DNA of 62,250 nt, counting the filler, from Circinaria calcarea (Eukaryota): the NCBI GenBank assembly GCA_051942165.1. It is 8 parts of 8 records of this genome, joined end to end, with 100 filler letters (N's around TTAATTAATTAA, not from the genome) between each part and the next. Parts side by side here need not be neighbours in the genome. Positions count along the whole stretch, not along the records: positions 54,574 to 62,250 come from JAVECS010001272.1; 7 more parts are not named here. One strand, written 5' to 3'. The translations under genes were made by a program, and so were the position numbers. Below, in pieces: positions 55,238 through 62,250 of this stretch (position 1 is its first letter; each line of letters begins with the position of its first letter). The notes below the pieces were generated by a model. That model was not told the origin of the DNA. It ran no database searches and saw only the letters and a list, made by a program, of their open reading frames with translations.

Positions 55238-55585
55238 TATGAACTAGCCCTAATTGTTTCATGGAGCTTCATTCACATAGGCACAAGAAGCCCCCTGAAG
55301 CATCTTTTACAGAGAAGACTAGGACTAGGGTTTGACAATATGCAAGCCTCTCGTTGCTGTCTACAGTACGACTCGGGCGTACTACATATGTTTTGACACG
55401 CCATGTCCCTGCTTTTGTTCCCTTTAATTTGCTTATGTGGTGATAATAAGTCTATATTTTACAGAAATCTCTCTGTTGCAATTATTCCTACGATCATTAA
55501 ATACAGATATTTTTTCCATCTTCTCCTTTCAAACCGTTAAAAGACCGCGAATTCTTTACACTATTTCACATCATCGTATATCAAA

Positions 55586-57414
55586 ATGGTGTATCGCACA
55601 GTCTCGCCCCAGGGTAGAGTATCGTCTTCCTCCGATAACGGGCTCCAAGTCTGGACGCCTCATGATGCGCTTCAATGCTGCGAGCTTGGTTCAACCGCAT
55701 TGCAAGTGGCTCACTGCGAGATGGTCCCAGATAGCCAGCTACCTCAAATTCGTTTGTCGCAGTCACAGAAAGAAGTTGTACCGCAAAGAGGATTTCCTCA
55801 AGTGTCCGAACCTAGTATCGTTCAGCCACCTCCAATACCTTGGGTTCAAAAGAGGTTCCGGAAACTCGTCTGGGCTTTCACGTCTATAGTTTTATTCATT
55901 ATCCTCGTTGTCGTCTTAGTTGTCTTGCTTCTTAAGCTCCAGCGGTCAGGTAAGAACGATGCCTCGTCAGGGCCGAGCGGCGTTGAGAACTTTACTAATC
56001 CGTCGGTTGGACCCCCAACTCCTGATGGATTGAGTAATGGCTCAAGTAATTTTCAACTCCGGTATGTTCGCCATAGGCAATGTTCTTGATAATTTGCAGC
56101 TATCCCTAATACTCTTCAAATTCTAGGGGAACCGACGTTATGGTTGACTCACCGCTCCAACTGGTATCTTACAACAATAGCGCCCAGCAGGCATTCCGAA
56201 TATATTATCAATCCATCAATGGAGGGATCAGGGAGTTACGGAGTAATGGAGGGTCGCCTCCTTCTTGGTTACCTGCAAGGCAAGCCCGCTTTCCGCTCTC
56301 TGCGCTGCTAAATTTCATTTAAAAAATAGGCCAATCTTCACCGATGCCATAAATAATACCGGCCTAGCAACTATTACGTACATGAACAATTCTATTCCCC
56401 AGGTCAATGCATCCGAGGTTTTTTGGAAGATCTGAATCTTACATGGTTCTACAGTCAAGCATCTTTTATGTTGGTTCAAACGGTTACATCCAGGAAAAGA
56501 GAAATTACGCTGCCTTGACGACTTGGAACCATGGCACCATCAACACCATTGCCTTAAGGGCAGTCATTACACCACTGGGCGATAGCATTAACGAAGATCC
56601 GCAGGATAATATTTGGGATAGTCTTCGTATGGCAGCTGCGTATTCAGCAGATTTCTATGGCGGACCTCAAGCCCGCTTATTCTATCATAGCCAGGCTGAT
56701 GATGGGACCCGTTTCTTACAAGAGATGATCTGGACACATAGCGATGACTCGTGGAGATATGGCGCTACTTTAACGTCCCCGTCGGCGAATTCTCATCTAG
56801 CTGTCACTGTTGATTCCGCCACTCAAACATTACGTCTTTTCTACTCGGCTGGTAACCTGACCTTGCAGGAATCGTGGCTGAACATATCCCAAGCAGATGC
56901 AACCTGGCAGACAGGTGAGTCAAACTTCCCTCTTATACTATCCAATGTTATGTGGTTAATTAACGTATACGCAGGCATCACCATACCCAATATGCTTGCC
57001 TACAATGACGCCAATATCGCCGTGGTAGCGTTCGATGGTTCGGTTCTTATATACTATTACGCCCTGCCTGTTGGAGGAGCTGTGTCGATTCGGGAACTGA
57101 ATTTAACTGGCCTTCCAGGCAGCGCTAGTTACCAGAATCTTGCTTCCTTCAACGCTCAATCTGTTCCTGTCGTTTCTCAGCCGCAACTGTCTACGAATGG
57201 TGTTCCGTGCCGTTACTGTCCTATTGGTGCTACTGTCTCAACTCTCACCACCTCGGAACCGCAGATATACGTATTCTGGGCGGAGCAGAATAAGAGCCCC
57301 GACAGCGGCTACGGCGCGCTGAAGACGGTGTCGCGGTACATGGGCGTTGGGTGGGTTTCGAGTAGCGTAGGAGTCGGCATCGGGCAGGTGACCCTCCCGA
57401 TTCAGGGCGAGTAA
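55586..57414 (+). CDS. type II membrane protein with fungal fucose-specific-lectin-like beta-propeller
   Basis: TM LVWAFTSIVLFIILVVVLVVLLL after basic KRFRK; blade repeats RIYYQSINGGIRE, SIFYVGSNGYIQE, RLFYHSQ...LQE, RLFYSAGNLTLQE, each followed by W; four introns. Confidence 0.78.
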
Positions 57415-57909
57415 AGGCAATGTGTAATTTTTCTGGGTAAGAACCCTTTGCCAGAGTGGGAAGTTTAGAGGTTCGGTCTCGTGGTGAACAAATGATTTCC
57501 CCTTCTCTCAATCAGGCCGTGAACAAGTCGAAGATATGATCTTCAGCGTACTCTAAGTCTCCCACCACTGTGACGAAGCTTATGATTACATGTGCACCGC
57601 AAACATATCAATGTTACTATCCATCAAAGGCTAAAATCTCATCAAATTGATTCTTCGCGGTTGATAATACCCCGTTATAATATATTGTAAAGGAGCAAGT
57701 TCAATCAATCACTCGCGCACAATCTCTTACGGCCCCAGCCATGGCTAAGCCATCTGATAGGAGAGATAATCTAGCACGCTTGCCAATTTCGAGACTAGTT
57801 TCTTGCGCTGCATCGGCTAAGAAATAACTACCTTCTCTATTTTCCATTGTGGGATGGTGAAGCCTTTCGGTATCTCGGAAACGGATGAATTTTGACTGGT
57901 ACTATCCCT

Positions 57910-58092
57910 TAGACTGTTGCTCATGCGGACAGAACCGTGCACGCTATACTAGTAGGGGCGTTTTTAGTTCCCCCGCACAAATTACTATGTAAATAGGCAT
58001 TTCTTCTCCACCGATTGGCCAGAATTAAGATTTTAATAGTGCCCGAAACCCCCTGTACCGTGCACGGTTCTGTCCGCATGAGCAACAGTCTA
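57910..58092. mobile_element. 183-bp MITE-like element with perfect 34-bp inverted repeats
   Basis: TAGACTGTTGCTCATGCGGACAGAACCGTGCACG at 57910-57943 and its exact reverse complement at 58059-58092. Confidence 0.75.
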
Positions 58093-58749
58093 GGGGTAAC
58101 GTGAACATGACAGTACAGCGGATGAGGCATCCATGATTGCTGCTCATGCAACCACCACACTGAATAGGAGAGTGTTCGAGTCTTGGGGCAATGCATGCAA
58201 GGTGGCCAGAGGCGACGGCGAAATTTGTTTACATCATGGTCCCCCCCACCGCGCCTTTTGGCATTGCGTACCTTAGTCTGATGCGGATAAAAGAAGTCTT
58301 GCTGATGATTGGTTTGGAATTGCTCCAAAGAGACTTTAAGCTTCGCAATGGCCGCTCGTACCCGCATTCTGAAATCGTCTTTCTTGAACCTATCGTCTGT
58401 GGGTATGACTTATCTATCCCCCCACATCCTAAATACTCCCCACCCCCCTCATCCGTACCTAGCATTTAACGGGGGATTGCGGTGCGGTATAATGATGACT
58501 TCACCGGTTTCACTTCTTTCTGGTACAACTACGTTTGCATCGCCCCCTCCCTTATTGGGAGCCTCCAAGAGGAACTCGGGCGACGACGCTATCAGACTTT
58601 CAATGTATACATTTGCACGACCCTCTCTATAAACGTGAAACTTTCAATGTACATATTACAATCATATATGATAAAAGTTGAACCGAGTCCTCTAATTATG
58701 ACTTACGTTCTTGCAATAGACCCTATATGAATAGAGAGTCTAATGAAGA

Positions 58750-61142
58750 ATGCATATCCTGAAGCAAGTGCGTCTCTCTTTGGCATCAACTCCTAACTGA
58801 GCGGTGCTGAGTTTGCTCCTCTACAGCTGCATTCATACAATAAATGGTACCCGTACGATCGGGGAAAGACCCTGAATGTAGCTTGGAGACGCTTCTTTGT
58901 CATTTTTGCTCTTTTCTTGATATTTTCATTGGTCTTATTGCTAGGGACTTATCAACGACGACGGCCGACGCCATTGCGGGACAATGGCTTCATTGGAGCT
59001 GCTGGGAGCGTCCCCGGTGTAATTTTTGATGCAGAGGAGAAATGGTCACCACCTCCTGATTGGGACCCTGTGAATGCTGTTTGGGAGAACTTTACTAGGT
59101 AAGGAAGAATTTCGGTTGACATTCTTCAAGCAGATATACGATACTAACCTAAGAAGGAACGAGGAAGGATATGCAACTAGTATCGATAGTCTAAACGGAG
59201 ATAGCGGAGCATCATATAAAGCCTATTGTCCTTATCCTGATTATGGAAGTCATCAGTACAAAGAGCAATATACGGGTGATCACATTCCATGTGTCGGACC
59301 ACGAGGACTGAGGCTAAACGAGAGTTTGGATGATGTTGTGTATGGGTATTCTGGGAGGTCTAAGGGTATATATAATGGTAACTCATCTAGGGTTATGGCT
59401 CCGAGCTTACCTCCTTAGGCTTCCCATCGCCTGCTCTTGGTTATTCGCCGATGCTTGGTTTCGATGACAATATCTGCTTTGATCGCCATGGCCGGTTCGG
59501 CGCTTACGGCTTAGCTTCCAAAGGGCACTCGACCGTTATGGGTCCGAAGCAACCATCTGCGGTTGATTGGGATAAGGTCAATTGGGCCTCACTTCAGCAG
59601 CAGTGCGTTGTAGAGAACAATGATCGGTATGATTTGACACCGCGACCGATACCTGGTGATGCCAATTATGAAAGGCCACCGCCGGAGTCCCATCAGTACG
59701 ATGCCACTCACAAGAAGAGGACCGCTGTACTGTTTCGCTCTTACGAGGGGTTCAAGTACACCTCAGACAATGTTAGAACAATGCGATCGATCATTCTGGA
59801 ATTGGCACTTCAATCTGGTGGAGAGTATGAGGTATTTCTCCTTGTCCAGGTAAAGGACAAGAACATACCCATCTTTGATGATCCTGAAGAATACGAACGA
59901 ATCAAGCAGGAGGTACCCAAAGAGTTCCAGAATATGACTGTATTGTGGAGTGAAAGACTCTGGGGAAGGTTGTATCCCAAACTTCCAGAGGGATCACTGG
60001 AGTATGTCCGTTCAAGTTTACTTGTGGGGAAGTGTGTCTGACCAGTCCCAGTGTTCATGCAAGTCAATGGCTGCCAGTTCAATGGTTCGCTCAGTCCTAT
60101 CCCAATTTCGACTTTTATTGGAACTGGGAGATGGACGTCCGATTCACAGGTCACCACTATCAACTTACCGAGCAACTCGGGGCCTGGGCTAAACGACAGC
60201 CACGGAAAGGCCTTTGGGAACGGAACTCTCGATTCTACGTTCCGGGCTTCCATGGTGACTTCCCAACTCAGTTTACCGAATTTATCCAGGCCAAGTACGA
60301 GTCTCGGACAAGCTCTGGAAAGATAAAGACTGACAAGAGTATCTGGGGTCCTCACCCGCCACCCGGTCAACCTCCTGCTCCTTTCGATGACCAACCTCCG
60401 TTGAACTCTCCGACACCCGCTTATGATGAATTTGATTGGGGCGTTGGTGAAGAAGCCGATCTGATTACCCTTCTTCCCATGTTTAACCCCGATACTACAC
60501 ATTATGTATTGCAAAAGGCTTACTTCAACTACTCGGAAAAGCTGAATCCTGCCGGTCCGCCACGCCGCGCTACAATCATCACTTTCTACCGCTTGTCCCA
60601 TCGGCTCCTGAGTACGATGCACTTCGAGAACACCCACGATCCAGGCCACCATATGACTTCCGAGGTATGGCCTCAAAGCGTGGCCTTGCACCATGGCCTC
60701 AAGGCTGTGTATGCGCCACATTCCATACATATGGATCGCAAATGGCCCGCAGTCGCTCTCGATTTCATTTTCAATAACGGTGATGCCCCGCGGATTATAA
60801 ATAGATTCAATGACATGCCCCCGGAAGGAGAAGGTAGCGGGGGATGGGAAAGCGTGTTCGGGAACGAACGTGAACACAACTTTATCCCGTCGACGTGGTA
60901 TTACCGGACATCCTTCGCCACGAGGCTGTACAAGAGGTTGCTGGGGTATGATGTCGATGGGATAGGAGGGCCATCCGTAAGTGAGATTTGGGTCTTCTAA
61001 GATGGGTGGCTTACTGATGTTCGTACAGTGGGAGGGGGAACATGGACGCTTTTGTCTGCCTCCGATGCTGCTCCATCCGATAAAGGACTTGGAAGACCCT
61101 GACATCGTTGAGGCACAAGAAGACGCGCGAGCTACGATTTAG
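58750..61142 (+). CDS. DUF3405-family type II membrane protein
   Basis: MHILKQ|LHSYNKW, TM RRFFVIFALFLIFSLVLLLG; CFDRHGRFGAYG, VDWDKVNWASLQQQC, RTAVLFRSY, ELALQSGGEYEVFLLV, QWFAQSYPNFDFYWNWEMDVRFTGHHY, HHGLKAVYAPH, CLPPMLLHPIK; five introns. Confidence 0.88.
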
Positions 61143-62250
61143 AATTTTAAGCCAGAAGAGGGGGGGGGGCCGCCAACATATGAACTAAAGGAGAGAAAAG
61201 TCCGGGCGAATGTGCAAGTCAACTCTTTGGTTCGGCGCCGCCAACGTTGAGGATAAATAGGCTTGTTCCATCCGTGGGATCGCGACAACAGGGTCGGAGC
61301 TGAGGGGGTATTTTTCCCCTGGGGGAAGTTCTATTGCTGAACGGAAAATTCCCACCTTTCGCCAAAGAACTCGGCAAAGGATCCATGTTATTTCTTTAGT
61401 CACGACAGGGCGCGGTGGACGATTCAAAACTGCTAGACGCTCTGAGATACTCGATGTATAGTCGAGGATGGGTGGTGTACATTGTGCAAGGGAGTTTTTG
61501 GGAACGGAATGAATGGTAGCTCTGAGGATATACAATGTTGCACAGATACATATATATGGGAGTGTGTTTTATGTTTTCAAATGGTTGATATCCCATTTGA
61601 TTATATACTAGACTTATTTAGGGAGTTTGATATATAATATGGGTTCAGACATAAACTTAGTTTTCCTTTTCGGACGCAAGATTAATTTCCCCTCGTTTCT
61701 TTCTGGTGATCTTTGTGAATTCGCTGTGTGCTAGTTTTTGCAGTTTCACTCAGCCTCACACCAGTAGGTAGCTGGTTTTGGCAAGACCCAATACCGAAGA
61801 ATACTGCCCTTATATCGTTCCGATAACGTGGTAGATTTGGCCCCCTCTGATAATAGCATCTCGAACAGGAGCCACGGGGAAGCCTCTTTGCAGAAATTTT
61901 CTTGTTAAAGGGATTCGTATGTCGAGTAGTAGCCGTGGGCTTTGGGTAGTGATTCTCTAAGACTTTATTCCAATACGTCTCAGATTGGTATCATAGACGA
62001 GTGATCTCCCAAGAACTCCTTTCCCATTCCATGCAATTAGCATTTTCCGTAAAACCCCCATTATGCTACCATTAATCTTGCACCTACAATATACCATTAG
62101 CAAAAAATACAGCAGCAGAATATCGTCAAATATATCTCACCTCTGGCGGTTTCCCAACAGGCTGGATCATTTTCTGCACAAAACACCCCCAAACAACGTC
62201 AGCCTGTCACTCCCTCGCCCCTTCTCCCTATTTCCCCCTCTCTTCCACCC

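Noticed and set aside
58743..58826. Possible GC-AG first intron of the DUF3405 gene
   Set aside because: ATG at 58750 with canonical donor CAA|GTGCGT explains the frame more simply.
59810..61105. 431-aa minus-strand ORF
   Set aside because: Antisense to the well-supported DUF3405 exons; no independent motif.

Overview
Genomic DNA of a filamentous ascomycete (Pezizomycotina; short GT-AG introns with CTRAC branch sites). The window is not one contiguous locus. It is eight contigs of ~7.7 kb, sorted by decreasing length and joined by an artificial 100-bp N44-TTAATTAATTAA-N44 spacer, so adjacency is meaningful only within a contig. Core genes: OpsB/yapsin-like GPI aspartic protease, p24 cargo receptor, USP7/Ubp15, mitochondrial PDH/BCKD kinase, fatty-acid elongase, SRP40/Nopp140, SEC3, a Zn2Cys6 transcription factor, HRQ1 helicase, ExgD-type GH5 glucanase, a Git1-like MFS transporter and a DUF3405 protein. 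Accessory content: a head-to-head pair of an atypical (HSPA12-like) Hsp70 and a single-pass membrane protein with a possible GrpE/MIEAP-like C-terminal domain (best candidate for an undescribed system, inference only); a UCH paralog with Glu at the catalytic Asp position amid decayed NLR-ankyrin and O-methyltransferase genes; a membrane-anchored fucose-lectin-fold protein; and two TIR/MITE-like elements. Family calls come from recognising motifs by eye; no searches were run.
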